Source of the DNA: Shigella phage vB_SsoS_008
Sequence record: MK335533
DNA length: 50,414 bases
Direction: 5' to 3' (one strand)
The translations under genes and the position numbers were made by a program. Shown here piece after piece: positions 35,859-46,654 of the stretch. The notes below the pieces were generated by a model. The model was not told the DNA's origin. It searched no databases and saw only the letters and a list, made by a program, of their open reading frames with translations. Every line of letters begins with the position of its first letter. Position 1 is the first letter of the stretch.

Positions 35859-36272
35859 ATGCATATTATCACTGGCGAGATCCGCAAAGAACCAAAGATT
35901 CTGGAACGTAACGGAGGAAATACTTATATCATCGAACTGGCAGAAAGCTACAAGCCTCGTGATGGCGATCGCGAATACACAAACTACACGTTCTTTTTTA
36001 GCGATGGTGGAAAGCCTGGCCTTGCTGACTGGTATCGTGAAGCGTTTCAAGTTGGTCGCGTAATATCAGTATCTTGCGAAACGTTGAAGATCTCATCCCG
36101 TGAACACAATGGAACGGTTTACAATTCATTGCAGGCCGCTGATTTCCCTAAGTTGGTATTTAGTCAACGAGGTCAAAGCAATCAACAACGAGCACCTCAG
36201 CAACAACAGCGTTCGCAATCACAGCCACAGCCAAATCAACAATCAACATTTGATGATGATATTCCATTCTAA
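35859..36272 (+). CDS. ssb: single-stranded DNA-binding protein
   Basis: 137 aa; OB-fold-like N-terminus, Gln/Pro-rich linker and acidic C-terminal tip DDDIPF diagnostic of SSB. Confidence 0.8.
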   Translation: MHIITGEIRKEPKILERNGGNTYIIELAESYKPRDGDREYTNYTFFFSDGGKPGLADWYREAFQVGRVISVSCETLKISSREHNGTVYNSLQAADFPKLVFSQRGQSNQQRAPQQQQRSQSQPQPNQQSTFDDDIPF

Positions 36273-36277
36273 AGAAA

Positions 36278-36300
36278 ATCCCCGCAATGCGGGGATTTTT
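36278..36300. terminator. bidirectional rho-independent terminator between convergent genes
   Basis: ATCCCCGC-AAT-GCGGGGAT flanked by A-run upstream and T-run downstream. Confidence 0.7.
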
Positions 36301-36311
36301 ATTATTGGACT

Positions 36312-38070
36312 TCAACAGCCTTCGGAAATGAGTCTACTTTTTAAGCTTTCAACAAACTCTTCAACTTTCATTCTTTCATGATTTATTGTGCACTGTAAAG
36401 CTCTCATAGTGTCAAGCAAGTCAGGAGTTGTATCAAGCTCAAGCCTTTCAAAAACATCTTTTGGCCCGTTTATAGGATGGCTCTCGCTATACCTTCTCTT
36501 AACATATAGATTGAATGAAGGCGCTATCTCCTGAGCTATGACATAAGTCCTTATAACCAAAGACTCATCATCGTTAAAGATAAAGTTCCTAAACAATATT
36601 GATTTTATGTTGTTGTATGCAATGCTTGATTCATCATCCTTTATGCTGTGCTTTATACCCCTGTCAGATGCCGGAACCTGTTGGAAACTTCTCAACCCTT
36701 GCGGTCCAGCGTAAGATATTTGCCCTGAAGCCATAAACCTGAAATGCATTTGCAGACCAATATTGCCTGATCCATCCCTATCTTGAGTGCCCGCTGATAT
36801 TTGTGCCCTGGGCCATTCATTATTGCCCGTAGTCATCATAACAAAAGCTAAAGCGCCAACATACCCCAGACCCCTTGTATCACACGATCCAGCAATAAGT
36901 GATTGATAGTTTTCAGGGCTGCTAGCAACACTACCAGCAGTACTTGCATTAAACTGTATCCATGAAGCAGACTTTGCATGGTTGTAACCCATCATCCTTT
37001 TCTGGCATAAAAACTGATTAGCTCTAAATCTATTGTTAGTCTCGGGGTAGTTTGCAAACAAGTAAAATAATAAAGCCCCAGCATGCAAGCGCTCGCTATG
37101 TTCTTTTCTGACGTAAATCCCTGGTCGAGATATTCCATCAGGTGACATAATCATCAATGATGACAACATGGTCTTACTACCCCAATTAGAACCGTTCCAT
37201 GAGTTCCTTCCTGCCCCTCGGTAGCTCCACCAGTGCCAACAGTAAGAACCCCTACAGCATTGTTTTCACTTCCATCATTTCAGCATTGATGCTGTTAGCT
37301 GCGTCTTGAGCTTCTTGAGCACTTACCGCAGCCGCATCTTTTGAGCTTACCGCCGCGTCACGCGCTGCCTGGGCGTCGTTTTTTGCAGAGGTTGCAGTTT
37401 GTGCTGCCGTCTGAGCGTCATTAACGTAACCAGATAGATCGCCTTTCGCGTCATTGATTGCCTGAATGGCCGCCGCTTCTTCTGAGTCAATGTGAGTAAT
37501 GGCTGAATTTTCTTTTTGCTGCACATTAGTGATAGCCTTGTCCTTAGCCGCATTGATGCTACCAATAGCACTATCTGCAATCTGTTGCGTCTGATTCTTG
37601 ATTGAGTTAGACTCATCACGCGCTGAATTGGCTGCGTCACGCGCTAGCTCAGCCTGATTTTGCGCAGCTTGAGAATCAGATTTGTTTGACTTCACATCAG
37701 CAACTATTTGCTCAAGTTTATTCATATCAAGCTCGGCAATCATATCTATAGCCGATGCGATCTCAGTCTCTTTGCTTTGATAGTATCGAAGCGTCTCGGC
37801 AACGTTTTGAGCTAATCCGTTAACGGTTAACGAATCGTTAAGCAAGATCACATACTTACCGTCATCGGCAGTCTGACCATCAGTAGAGATAGCCTTTAGC
37901 TCTGTATCGCTAACAATATCGCTAATTACCGCCAGCTTAATTGGTTGCTCCAGGAATACGATAGTTGCACCGACTCGAATCAGAGCAAGCTGATCTTTCC
38001 ATTTTGTATCGGTTCCGTGAACCGTTCCGTCTGCATCCATTGATGCAGTACCGCGTCTATATAAAGCCAT
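36312..38070 (-). CDS. tail fibre protein with C-terminal intramolecular chaperone (peptidase S74-like), apparent frameshift near 37200
   Basis: Ala/Gln/Asp-rich coiled-coil repeats in ORF 37252..38070; C-terminal part (36312..37169) contains ASDRGIK (S-D-x3-K) as in self-cleaving tail spike chaperone domains. Confidence 0.5.
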
Positions 38071-38113
38071 AGTATAAACTCCTTAGGTAAATAGCACGAA
38101 TTGCTAAGCTCAG

Positions 38114-38142
38114 ATTTTATCATTGTGCTACCCGCCTTGCAA
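38114..38142 (-). promoter_or_regulatory. sigma70-type promoter for the minus-strand tail fibre gene
   Basis: On the minus strand TTGCAA, 17 bp spacer, TAAAAT, then leader with AAGGAG RBS and ATG at 38070; leader includes a copy of the ATAGCAC-N3-TTGCTA motif (38091-38106). Confidence 0.5.
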
Positions 38143-38150
38143 TGGGCAAT

Positions 38151-38172
38151 AAAAAACCGCCCGAAGGCGGTT
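38151..38172 (-). terminator. rho-independent terminator (minus strand)
   Basis: Minus-strand reading AACCGCC-TTCG-GGCGG followed by TTTTTTATT. Confidence 0.6.
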
Positions 38173-38662
38173 AGAGTAGGTCACTTGCTGAGAATAACTT
38201 GGCTTGCATTCCTGAACGGTATCCTCCAGGATTCGGGATGATTATTTTTAATTGTCGGTCGTCTGCCATGTATAAGGTATCCTTGTCTGAAGGTTCACAC
38301 GCCACTCTTACTTCTCGATCTCCTTTATACCTGTATGCAACCATTTCGAGATTTTCAGGGGTGAAGCAGGCCCATACTTCTTGCTTTGTGTGAAATGCAA
38401 TATGCTGAGCATCAATCCAATTAGTACATAAGTAGATCGCTTTTTCAGTTTTATTCTTCACGGCAACCGAGCAACTCGTGTATTTCTTCGCGTAAAATGA
38501 CTCCCTTCCTTCCTCATCAATAATCAAAATATTGCAAAACTCGTCATCAAGCCCATCCTCATGCACAAGTTGACACGGGATAGTGTGAAATACGCTCTCC
38601 CCGCCATCGTCGCGACGTTTTACGCCAACGTCGAATGATTCAGTGGGTAGTGATTCAAACAT
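38171..38662 (-). CDS. hypothetical protein
   Basis: Intact 163 aa ORF; start overlaps the upstream gene end. Confidence 0.5.
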   Translation of the reverse strand: MFESLPTESFDVGVKRRDDGGESVFHTIPCQLVHEDGLDDEFCNILIIDEEGRESFYAKKYTSCSVAVKNKTEKAIYLCTNWIDAQHIAFHTKQEVWACFTPENLEMVAYRYKGDREVRVACEPSDKDTLYMADDRQLKIIIPNPGGYRSGMQAKLFSASDLL

Positions 38663-39059
38663 ACTTAATTGGCGTGTTTACGCGTTTCTCTGTACGCTCC
38701 ATAACTTTCATCACCGCCTCATGGTCTGCCATCATGACATTGACACCAGATGTCGGAGTTCGGCGCGCTTTCTTGTTTGCCTTGACGATGTATTCCTGCG
38801 GAACCTTTCCGAGAAATCTTCCCAGGATATTTATGCATTCGCTGTACGGCATACCAGTCAACTTCATCAACCAACCAATCCCAGAGTCGTTACCGCAGGA
38901 GTTGCAGATCGCGCCGCCGTCTCCTGGAGTATTCAGATTGTCAGTCCAGCGAAAGACAACTTTACCTCCACAGTTAGGGCAAGGTTGGTGCTTCTTGTTG
39001 AATACCTTATTAGGCAATCCGCAGACTGACTGAAAAGCCTCACGCCATAACCCCTTCAT
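38655..39059 (-). CDS. zinc-ribbon protein, primase zinc-binding-domain-like
   Basis: CPNCGGKVVFRW...GGAICNSCG pattern resembles the zinc-binding domain of primase-helicases; preceded by a promoter-like element. Confidence 0.5.
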   Translation of the reverse strand: MKGLWREAFQSVCGLPNKVFNKKHQPCPNCGGKVVFRWTDNLNTPGDGGAICNSCGNDSGIGWLMKLTGMPYSECINILGRFLGKVPQEYIVKANKKARRTPTSGVNVMMADHEAVMKVMERTEKRVNTPIKYV

Positions 39060-39140
39060 AAGTTACAAGACGTCCTCTTTCTGAAACATCATAAACTCTT
39101 CGTTCACTTCCAGATCTCCAAATAAAAAACGCGACATAGG

Positions 39141-39185
39141 ATGTTAACCCGCTACGCGTCGATTGTTTTAACTAAAAATGCTATT
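39141..39185 (-). promoter_or_regulatory. conserved bipartite promoter-like element
   Basis: Minus strand: ATAGCATTTTTAGTTA, 22 bp spacer, TAACAT. Confidence 0.5.
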
Positions 39186-39236
39186 GGTCGTTCCGATATC
39201 TTCCTTCTTCCCGACTCGCATAAACTTCTTGTTCGC

Positions 39237-39614
39237 TCATCGCTTCTCAAGGCACTTGCCGTTACCGTCAAACTTCAGGTCGAATCTAAGCCATGCGGCG
39301 CGGAATCCTTTGCAACCCTGTCGGCGGTAAGCACGATGCGCTGCTTCAGCGCCTTGCCATGAAATCATATTGCGATCTTTCCAGCCTTGCACTGTTTGAT
39401 TGCTAACTTTCAAAGCCTTTGCGCAGGCCGCTGGGCCACCGTAATGCTCGATAAGAGCATCCAGCCGCGCTCTCAGTCCTGCGCGCGTTTCTTCTTTATG
39501 AATATAGAATCCGCAGCGCTGTCGAGGCTTTTTGTCTTTACCGCGCCGCGTTCCGTTGTTACCATTATTGTGACGTGCTCCGATTGTACCAGTAGACTCT
39601 GCGATACGTTTCAT
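39237..39614 (-). CDS. HTH DNA-binding protein (Cro/YdaS-like)
   Basis: GGPAACAKALKVSNQTVQGWKDRNMIS resembles the helix-turn-helix of the YdaS/Cro-like family; basic N-terminus. Confidence 0.5.
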   Translation of the reverse strand: MKRIAESTGTIGARHNNGNNGTRRGKDKKPRQRCGFYIHKEETRAGLRARLDALIEHYGGPAACAKALKVSNQTVQGWKDRNMISWQGAEAAHRAYRRQGCKGFRAAWLRFDLKFDGNGKCLEKR

Positions 39615-39635
39615 ATTCTATTCTGGGTTGCCCTG

Positions 39636-39678
39636 TAGCACTTTTTGCTAAAAACGTTTACTGTATGCCGTGTATTAT
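39636..39678 (+). promoter_or_regulatory. conserved bipartite promoter-like element upstream of the helicase
   Basis: TAGCAC TTT TTGCTA, 22 bp spacer, TATTAT. Confidence 0.5.
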
Positions 39679-39716
39679 ATCGTAAACGTTACAACGATTC
39701 AAAGGATTAAATAGCT

Positions 39717-41735
39717 GTGACAATGAACATTAAAAAGCAGATCGCATTACTTGGCGATGACTATATAAAGAGCACTCAAGAGCGATTCACTGTTGGTGAG
39801 GTTGTTCCGTATCCGTACCAGGTTGTTGCTTATGCCGAGATCGCGAAACGCCTATCAAATTACGAGCATCCATTCTTTGTTAAAGCGTCAGTATCTGCGG
39901 GTAAGACCATCATATTCGCTATGGTTGCAAAGCAGTGTCAAAAAATGGGACTGAAAATGCTTGTGCTTGCGCGACAGGGTGAGATTGTCGATCAGGATAG
40001 TGAAGAGATCGACAATTTCGGGGTGACGAACTCCATATTCTCAGCGTCGCTTGGAATCAAGTCCTGCTACTTCCCGATCGTGGTTGGCTCTGAGGGTACT
40101 GTTGCAAATGGTTTAAATAATGAGCTAGCTGATTTCGTACCGCATGTAATTGGGATCGACGAATGTCACCAGGTGGATTGGGAAGACCTTGCGCAAGCCA
40201 TCGAAGGCAAGGAAACGATGGAGCAGATGCGGGGCGAGAAGGGAAAGGTCATTATGGATGGAGATATTCCACTGATTGGTAATGATGGGAAGCCTCTACT
40301 TGGAACTAAGCGAAGCCAATACACGATCGTAATCATGGAAATGATGCGGCGCTGCAAAGAGGTTCACGGTCACGATCTCAGAATATTTGGTATGACTGGA
40401 TCTGAATTTCGGGGTGTAGTTCCTATTCTTGTTGAGAATCCTAAGGAGTTAGGATTCTGGCGTGAGCGAGTAACTGATATAGACACCAACTACCTTATTG
40501 AGTTCGGCTCTGTTGTTCCGACTATATTCGGCTCGACTGACGGAGTTCACTACGATCTGGATAAGTTCAAGGCATCAAGCGAGGACGGCGTACAGGACTT
40601 TACAGAGAAAGACATGAAGGCTATGGAAGATGATGCCCTTCATGATAAATCTCTTACTCAGCGAATCATGCAAATGGTCGCCAAAAAGGCAGAAGAGCGT
40701 AACGCGGTTCTGATTACATGCGCCTGGGAACGCCACTGCAAAGAGGCGGCGGCGGCACTACCGCCGGGAAGTACATATGCAATTATTACTGGCGACACAG
40801 ACACTAAAGCGCGCAAGAAGATTCTTGACGATGTGAGGGCTGGGAAAATTAAATACACCTTTCAGGTCATGGCGCTCACTACTGGTGTTAACGTTCCAAA
40901 TTGGGATTTCAGTGTAATACTTCGCAAGATAGGATCTCTCACTCTGTTGATTCAGCTTTTGGGTAGGGGTATGCGGCTGCTTAAATCCTGGCAGGTTGCT
41001 GAAGGAATGGTTAAGCAGGACCATCTGGTATGGGATTTCGCAGGCACTATGGATGAGTTGGGCCAGCTTTATTTCGATCCGATACTTGAGCAGGCGCAAT
41101 TCCAGAAGCGTTTTGAAAACGGAAAAGACCCGAAAACATGTCCGAAATGCGGTTGCGTAAATAGCTTCTATGCTCGCCGATGCGTTAATGTTATCGACGG
41201 TGAACGTTGCGATTATTTCTGGACTTCTCAGATTTGTGAGGACCAGGTTGACGAGCGAACCGGGAAAATCCTTGTTAAAGGGTGTGGTGCAGAGAATGAC
41301 GTTGTTGCGCGAGTCTGTCGTTGTTGTGATGTTTCGCTTGTCGATCCTAACCTGAAGTTATCAGGTAAGGCGTACACCAAGAATGACTGGTATGAGGTCA
41401 AGAATTTTGAGGTTACGCTAACCAAAAACCAAAATGGCATGATATACAAATACACACTGATTAACGACGATGGTGATGAGTTCAAGGCGTATGAAAAATT
41501 CTTCCCCGAGTCTGACTCTAAGATTTGCGGTACGCTATGGAAAACGAAAGGAGTACTTCCTCATGTGTCAGATCCTAAAATGCGACGCTACTTTATCGGA
41601 ATGAAGAACGCTATCAAGATTTTGCAATACGCACATCATATAGCGCACCCGGTGCGCGTTACTCATCGTCGCAACCAGAAGAAAGAAGATATCATCTCAC
41701 GTAAAGACTTCGGTATGGAGGATATCCCGGAATGA
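39717..41735 (+). CDS. superfamily-2 DNA helicase with C-terminal zinc-ribbon region
   Basis: Intact 672 aa; Walker A SVSAGKT, Walker B IGIDECHQ (DExH); C-terminal Cys clusters CPKCGC...CRCC. Confidence 0.8.
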   Translation: MTMNIKKQIALLGDDYIKSTQERFTVGEVVPYPYQVVAYAEIAKRLSNYEHPFFVKASVSAGKTIIFAMVAKQCQKMGLKMLVLARQGEIVDQDSEEIDNFGVTNSIFSASLGIKSCYFPIVVGSEGTVANGLNNELADFVPHVIGIDECHQVDWEDLAQAIEGKETMEQMRGEKGKVIMDGDIPLIGNDGKPLLGTKRSQYTIVIMEMMRRCKEVHGHDLRIFGMTGSEFRGVVPILVENPKELGFWRERVTDIDTNYLIEFGSVVPTIFGSTDGVHYDLDKFKASSEDGVQDFTEKDMKAMEDDALHDKSLTQRIMQMVAKKAEERNAVLITCAWERHCKEAAAALPPGSTYAIITGDTDTKARKKILDDVRAGKIKYTFQVMALTTGVNVPNWDFSVILRKIGSLTLLIQLLGRGMRLLKSWQVAEGMVKQDHLVWDFAGTMDELGQLYFDPILEQAQFQKRFENGKDPKTCPKCGCVNSFYARRCVNVIDGERCDYFWTSQICEDQVDERTGKILVKGCGAENDVVARVCRCCDVSLVDPNLKLSGKAYTKNDWYEVKNFEVTLTKNQNGMIYKYTLINDDGDEFKAYEKFFPESDSKICGTLWKTKGVLPHVSDPKMRRYFIGMKNAIKILQYAHHIAHPVRVTHRRNQKKEDIISRKDFGMEDIPE

Positions 41736-42148
41736 TTACAGACAAAGGTGATTATTTAGAATTTTACGAGAGAGATCCTAGCGACACGCGAAAGGAGGAC
41801 GCTCATCAAGTTGATTGCGTGTCATGGCTGAAATACAATTTCCCTCACCTTCTATTTTGGCACACTGTCAATGAAGGTGAAAAAACAATCACATCGGCAC
41901 TAAGGGATGAGCAGGCTGGATTACTTAAAGGCGTGTCAGACTTCGTTATCCTGATTGGTGTCAACTCACGATACCCGTTCGCAGCTATAGAACTTAAGCG
42001 GGTTAATAAGTCAGGCAAAGGAAAGGCGTCACCAGTCAGCGATAAGCAAAGGGAGTTTCTCAAAAAGGTTCGGGATCGCGGTGGATTCTCTGCCGTTGCA
42101 TACGGATTTGAGCAATTCAAGCTGGCAATATACGATTTAACGAAATAG
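41732..42148 (+). CDS. VRR-NUC domain nuclease
   Basis: GVSDFVILIG ... AIELK ... QREFLKKVRDRGGFSAVAYG matches the VRR-NUC (PD-(D/E)xK) pattern; start overlaps helicase stop. Confidence 0.7.
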   Translation: MITDKGDYLEFYERDPSDTRKEDAHQVDCVSWLKYNFPHLLFWHTVNEGEKTITSALRDEQAGLLKGVSDFVILIGVNSRYPFAAIELKRVNKSGKGKASPVSDKQREFLKKVRDRGGFSAVAYGFEQFKLAIYDLTK

Positions 42149-42188
42149 CACTTTTTGTTAAAACTGCCGGAATGGAATCTGGCATTAT
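42145..42188 (+). promoter_or_regulatory. conserved bipartite promoter-like element
   Basis: ATAGCAC TTT TTGTTA, 22 bp spacer, CATTAT. Confidence 0.5.
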
Positions 42189-42311
42189 ATTCTCATTGAA
42201 ACGAGAGGATTAAAAATGAAAGACTTCAATGATATAGAAACCATCGACTTTGCAGAGACTGGCTGCTCATTCACTCCGTAAGCAATAGCATCGTACTGTT
42301 ATTATCAGGCA

Positions 42312-42950
42312 TTGAAAACGCCAACCTGTAAAGAGATTTCAGGGCGTCGATACAAGGGAACAAATACGCCGGACGCTGTTCGTGATTTATGGTCAACTCC
42401 ACGCGAGGTTATTGCATACCTTGAGGGGCGTTATGGGAAAGCCAAAGCCAATGTTAACCTCTATGATCTAGACGCTGCGGCAAGCGAAGAAAATAAAGTT
42501 TGCGAGAAGTTTTATTCCCAGGAAACAAACTGCTTAAAACGTTGGTGGGGTAAAAATAAGCACGTATGGTTAAATCCTCCTTATAGTCGACCTGATATAT
42601 TCGTCAAGAAGGCGATTGAGCAAATGGAGCACAACAACCAGATCGATATTCTTTTACCTGCCGATAACTCTACAGCGTGGTTTACTGAGGCTCGACAGCA
42701 CGCGGCTGAAATCATCTGGATTGAAGCTGATTTGACTGAGGATATTGACGGGAACGAGTACGCACGATCCGGTCGCCTGGCGTTCATATCAGGTGAAACT
42801 GGAAAGGCCGTAGATGGTAATAACAAAGGTTCGGTTATTTTCATTATGCGCGAACTGAAAGAGGGTGAGGTTCAACAGACTCACTACATCCCAATCACAA
42901 GCATTTGCCCTTCGGTTAAAAACAAGCGAGCAAAGGTAAGGAAAGTATGA
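42312..42950 (+). CDS. dam: DNA N6-adenine methyltransferase (phage Dam family)
   Basis: DLWSTPREV ... LDAAAS ... HVWLNPPYS: the NPPY catalytic motif and Dam-family N-terminal pattern; no in-frame ATG with RBS, so a non-ATG start or N-terminal fusion is possible. Confidence 0.75.
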   Translation: MKTPTCKEISGRRYKGTNTPDAVRDLWSTPREVIAYLEGRYGKAKANVNLYDLDAAASEENKVCEKFYSQETNCLKRWWGKNKHVWLNPPYSRPDIFVKKAIEQMEHNNQIDILLPADNSTAWFTEARQHAAEIIWIEADLTEDIDGNEYARSGRLAFISGETGKAVDGNNKGSVIFIMRELKEGEVQQTHYIPITSICPSVKNKRAKVRKV

Positions 42951-43198
42951 TGAACGAGAAAATGGTTCCTGTTAAGTTAACTGATCAAGGTTTATGGCTA
43001 CTTTATCGAGCTACGTGCTGCGAAATTATGGAGCGAAACGGATTGACTCAGGATGTTATTGGTTGCGATCTGTGGGAGTTCACTAGTTCTCTTGATATGT
43101 CTTTCGGTGAGATAAAGAATGAACACATCGAGAATTGGCCTTCAATCATTCAGAAAGACGTGGAGGAACTTAAAGCCGACACGATCGTTCAGCACTAA
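42947..43198 (+). CDS. hypothetical protein
   Basis: Intact 83 aa ORF; start overlaps Dam stop (ATGA). Confidence 0.5.
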   Translation: MMNEKMVPVKLTDQGLWLLYRATCCEIMERNGLTQDVIGCDLWEFTSSLDMSFGEIKNEHIENWPSIIQKDVEELKADTIVQH

Positions 43199-43232
43199 TT
43201 GCTAAAACTACCCGGCGAAAGTCGGGTATAGT
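43190..43232 (+). promoter_or_regulatory. conserved bipartite promoter-like element
   Basis: CAGCAC TAA TTGCTA, 22 bp spacer (ACCCGG..CGGGT inverted repeat), TATAGT. Confidence 0.5.
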
Positions 43233-43263
43233 TATTTCATTGGACGAGATGAGGAATCAAAAG

Positions 43264-43473
43264 ATGGCACGCATTAACGCAAACTTTTTCAATATCGCTC
43301 AACAGTCCGCAAAAATGATTGTTCATATCACCAACAAGAAAGGCGGTAACTTTGATTGGGATATTGCTATGAACTTCCTTAAAATGGCTTATTATCGTAG
43401 CTCAGTCAAAGATGTTGAGTGTTTTATCTCTGACGTGGAGAAACTAACCAATGCTGATAAAAAAACAAGGTAA
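43264..43473 (+). CDS. hypothetical protein
   Basis: GAGGAA RBS before ATG (MARINANFF...). Confidence 0.4.
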   Translation: MARINANFFNIAQQSAKMIVHITNKKGGNFDWDIAMNFLKMAYYRSSVKDVECFISDVEKLTNADKKTR

Positions 43474-43955
43474 ACGAGAGGTTTGGGAGCACGCAAAGGA
43501 ATGCGGCATCTCAGACGATATAGCACTAATAGCGAAATATTTCGATATAAAGGATGTTAGCATTATATCAAACGGAAAGATTTCATTTATGGAAGGTATG
43601 CCGAGAAAAATGCAAAGAGTTCCAGCCACCCCGTCACTTGAGTTTTCTCGCGAAGAGGGAAAGAGAATTGAGCGAGAAAGAAAATACGCAAAAAACAACA
43701 AGCCTTCCAGGATTAAATATTAACGCAGAAGGCTACCAGACAATATGGATCTGGAAAAAGCAGGTTAAGCAAATCCCTTTCTCTGACTGGCTACCACCTG
43801 ACTTCGTTAATGTGCTTTGCACTATCGGTATGGAGAATGAGTTGCATATAGGTTATTACTCACCAGGTCGAAACAGCTCCCGGCTTGAGGTTGATGGAAA
43901 ACTCGTTGAGTTTAAATCTTCAGACCTCGGATTCTGGTTAAAGGCTGTGGCATGA
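43451..43955 (+). CDS. hypothetical protein, apparent frameshift near 43680
   Basis: ORFs 43451..43723 and 43554..43955 overlap in different frames; both protein-like. Confidence 0.35.
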
Positions 43956-44033
43956 AACTTTATTTTGCTGTAGTATTAACACCGCTAATTTCATTTTCAG
44001 TAATGTATTTCATTATCATGTGCTATTTAAAAT

Positions 44034-45239
44034 ATGTCACAAGGCAAAATCACTACCGAGCAACTTATTGAAACTCGCATCCTCGGCCTAACACTTCGCG
44101 AGATCGCGGAAAAGTTGCGTCCACACATCCGCGATATTGAAGCGCGTCACGCCAAACTTGCAAAAGAATCCCACTTCCACGGTAACGACAGCACCGCTAA
44201 GAACGTTCCCGAGGGCTTCATGGTGAAAGGCACGTCGACGATGATTGACGCGGATGGGACCGAGAAGATGCGATGGGTTAAGACATCAGTTGATAATGAG
44301 CGCCTTGCTGTTCAATGGAAGCAGCGCGTATTGCATTCTGTGAAGACTTGCCTAAGGCAAAACCAACCGAATCACCTGACTCGCAAGGGCTTAGTTTTGC
44401 TGAAACAAGCTGGCGATCTACCCGGTTTTCGATCTTCACATTGGCGCGCTTGCTCACAAGCATGAGTGCGGCGAGAACTACGACACACGACTAGCGGAAA
44501 AAGTTATGAATGACTTCTTTAATTACGCGATCGATAAGGCCCCCGGGTAAGAGAAGGCTGTTCTGTTAAAAACCGACTTCCTTCACTCAGACTCTTTGAT
44601 GCTAAGACCCCAGCATCAGGTCACGTTCTGGATCTGACAGACGATATGCGAAATTGGTGCATATGGCTATTCGATCGGTGCGACGAGCTATCGACAAAAT
44701 GCTGGAGAAACACAAAGAGGTCGATATCCAGGTTATAAGTGGGAACCACGACCAATCCGGAATGATTTGGCTGAGCGCTGCGCTGGCTGCATTTTATGAA
44801 GATGAGCCGCGAGTTTATAACATGAGGTGTACCCAGATGAGAACGATTATCTCGTAATCTCGCCATACGAACTTTCCTATCTGCTTCATTCGTTGACGTT
44901 AGTCCTGCCGCAATGATGAAGACCCGCTGGGGAAATACCTTTATGGGATACACTCACGGTCATCCGATGCGAAAGGCAGACACGCGACTAAGTGCGATGG
45001 CGACTGATTTCCGCGCAGATTTTGGTGAAAGCAAATACGTGTACACGCATAGCGGACACTGGCACAGCCAGAAGATCACTGAGACAAACCTAGGTATTGA
45101 TGAAGTGCACGGTCAGTTAGGCGCGAAGGATGCATACGCAGCCAATGGCGGTTGGAGCTCTCAGCGCCAAGCGGCGGTAATTGTTTACGATAAGCAATTT
45201 GGGGAAATCGGTCGTTTCATCTATCGTCCAGAAATGTAG
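44034..45239 (+). CDS. metallophosphoesterase-family protein (Ser/Thr phosphatase-like) with N-terminal extension, apparent frameshifts
   Basis: Motifs VFDLHIG, VISGNHD (GNHD/E) and HSGHWH across ORFs 44654..44857 and 44913..45239; the upstream 44034..44465 ORF may be a separate gene or an extension. Confidence 0.45.
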
Positions 45240-45561
45240 TAACCACATCGAAAGCAGAGATGCTATATCATGAAGATAGTCAAGTGCATCCGAAATGACT
45301 CCAAAACACTTCCATTCCGCGTAAATCAGATCTATAGTGTTGGTTATGATTTCGGAGGTGGATTGTTTGAGATTTACGATGGGCGAGGCTCAACAATCAA
45401 GACTCCTCTGAACGGCAGCTACCTGGAATTTATTGAGATAGATTAACAATATCATTCATAACCTTACAGGCTGGCATGATTTACATGCTGGACTTTTTGC
45501 GTTGTGTCAAATATATTTGAGGGTTAAAATCGACTCACTTGTTCAAAAAATATATGGTGAG

Positions 45562-45942
45562 ATTATGAAAGAATTTTTAACTGCTGCTACGTCCAGCACG
45601 GGCGGCGCTTCATTAGTCGGTGCCGCGACTGGTCAACTTTATATTGCTGGCGCTACATTACATATCGGCGTCGCTCAGCGATACGTTGACAAGAAGGTTA
45701 AGGTTGAGCTTCCGGTAACGATGCGCAAACTGCTCTACAGCTTCACTTTCAACGTCGGTACTGGCGCCGCCGGATCTTCTACAATGCTTAAGCTAATCAA
45801 AAGTGTCAAGCACAAGGAAGCGTGCAATCAGTTATGGCGATGGGTATACTACTACAATCCAAAAACCAAAAAGCGCGAAGTGTCGAGAGGGATCAAGAAC
45901 CGACGCGCTGAAGAATACGCGTACGCCGTTAAGGAATTATAA
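45562..45942 (+). CDS. lysozyme-like protein (endolysin candidate; T4 lysozyme-type C-terminal lobe)
   Basis: C-terminal [24 protein letters not shown]...WRWVYY...RRAEEYAYA resembles the C-terminal lobe of phage lysozymes; Gly/Ala-rich weakly hydrophobic N-terminus; catalytic Glu/Asp/Thr region not recognisable. Confidence 0.4.
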   Translation: MMKEFLTAATSSTGGASLVGAATGQLYIAGATLHIGVAQRYVDKKVKVELPVTMRKLLYSFTFNVGTGAAGSSTMLKLIKSVKHKEACNQLWRWVYYYNPKTKKREVSRGIKNRRAEEYAYAVKEL

Positions 45943-46344
45943 TGAAACTGGAGAAAACGTGCATTGCGATTGCAGTGGCATCAACGACCGTTTCTCTATC
46001 CGGTTGCTCGACGGCATCTGCTCTGAGCGGTTTACTCGGATCTAAACCGGATGTTACTGCGCAAATTGGCGCTGAGAACACAAAGCAACTAGCGGGAGTT
46101 ACCGCAAAATCCGACGATAAGCGAGAAGTGAAGGTTGAGAATTCCAATATTGGCAAGATTGACTCTTCCTTGAAGAAGTCAATGGAAGTGTCAACCATTC
46201 AGGCTAACACGGTTAACGCTGAAAGCATCACGGCCCACAAAACCGGGGAGCTGGTACGATGCTGTTGTTTGGTGGATTCTCGTTTTTATCATGCTGTTGA
46301 TGATTTATTTTTCTTACCGTAAGAACGGAATTGGGGAGGCTTAG
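45942..46344 (+). CDS. unimolecular spanin-like lipoprotein, apparent frameshift near 46255
   Basis: Lipoprotein signal [22 protein letters not shown] (lipobox LSGC); a C-terminal transmembrane helix VVWWILVFIMLLMIYFSY is read in an adjacent frame just before the stop. Confidence 0.45.
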
Positions 46345-46358
46345 CCTCCTTTTCTTTT
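46335..46358 (+). terminator. terminator-like hairpin after the lysis genes
   Basis: GGAGGC-TTA-GCCTCC followed by TTTTCTTTT; lies between convergent gene blocks. Confidence 0.5.
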
Positions 46359-46590
46359 ATGCGTCTTCCCACATATTGCTTTCGTTCGTGAGTGCAGCGT
46401 ATTCGTAAACCTCAATCTCGCTTTCAGCGCCGTACATCTCAGCAGAACGCTTCTCGTTCGCTACCGCCGTTTCTTCAGTCCATCCATCAGTCTTGCTGTA
46501 AAGGGTAGGAATCTCACTACTAGTGCCGTTAGAGTGGCTGTAAACGCGAACTACTAAAAATTTGTTAGCCTTGCCGCTTTCCTTCAGGTC
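46357..46590 (-). CDS. hypothetical protein (start uncertain)
   Basis: Protein-like C-terminal part of ORF 46357..46698; promoter-like element at 46610-46654 places the start near 46590. Confidence 0.35.
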   Translation of the reverse strand, partial: DLKESGKANKFLVVRVYSHSNGTSSEIPTLYSKTDGWTEETAVANEKRSAEMYGAESEIEVYEYAALTNESNMWEDA

Positions 46591-46609
46591 GTTTAATTTC
46601 GATGAAACA

Positions 46610-46654
46610 AATATACCCGATACGAGATCGGGTGTTTTAACGGTAAGTGCTATT
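46610..46654 (-). promoter_or_regulatory. conserved bipartite promoter-like element
   Basis: Minus strand: ATAGCAC TTA CCGTTA, about 22 bp spacer (CCGATCTCGTATCGG inverted repeat), TATATT. Confidence 0.45.
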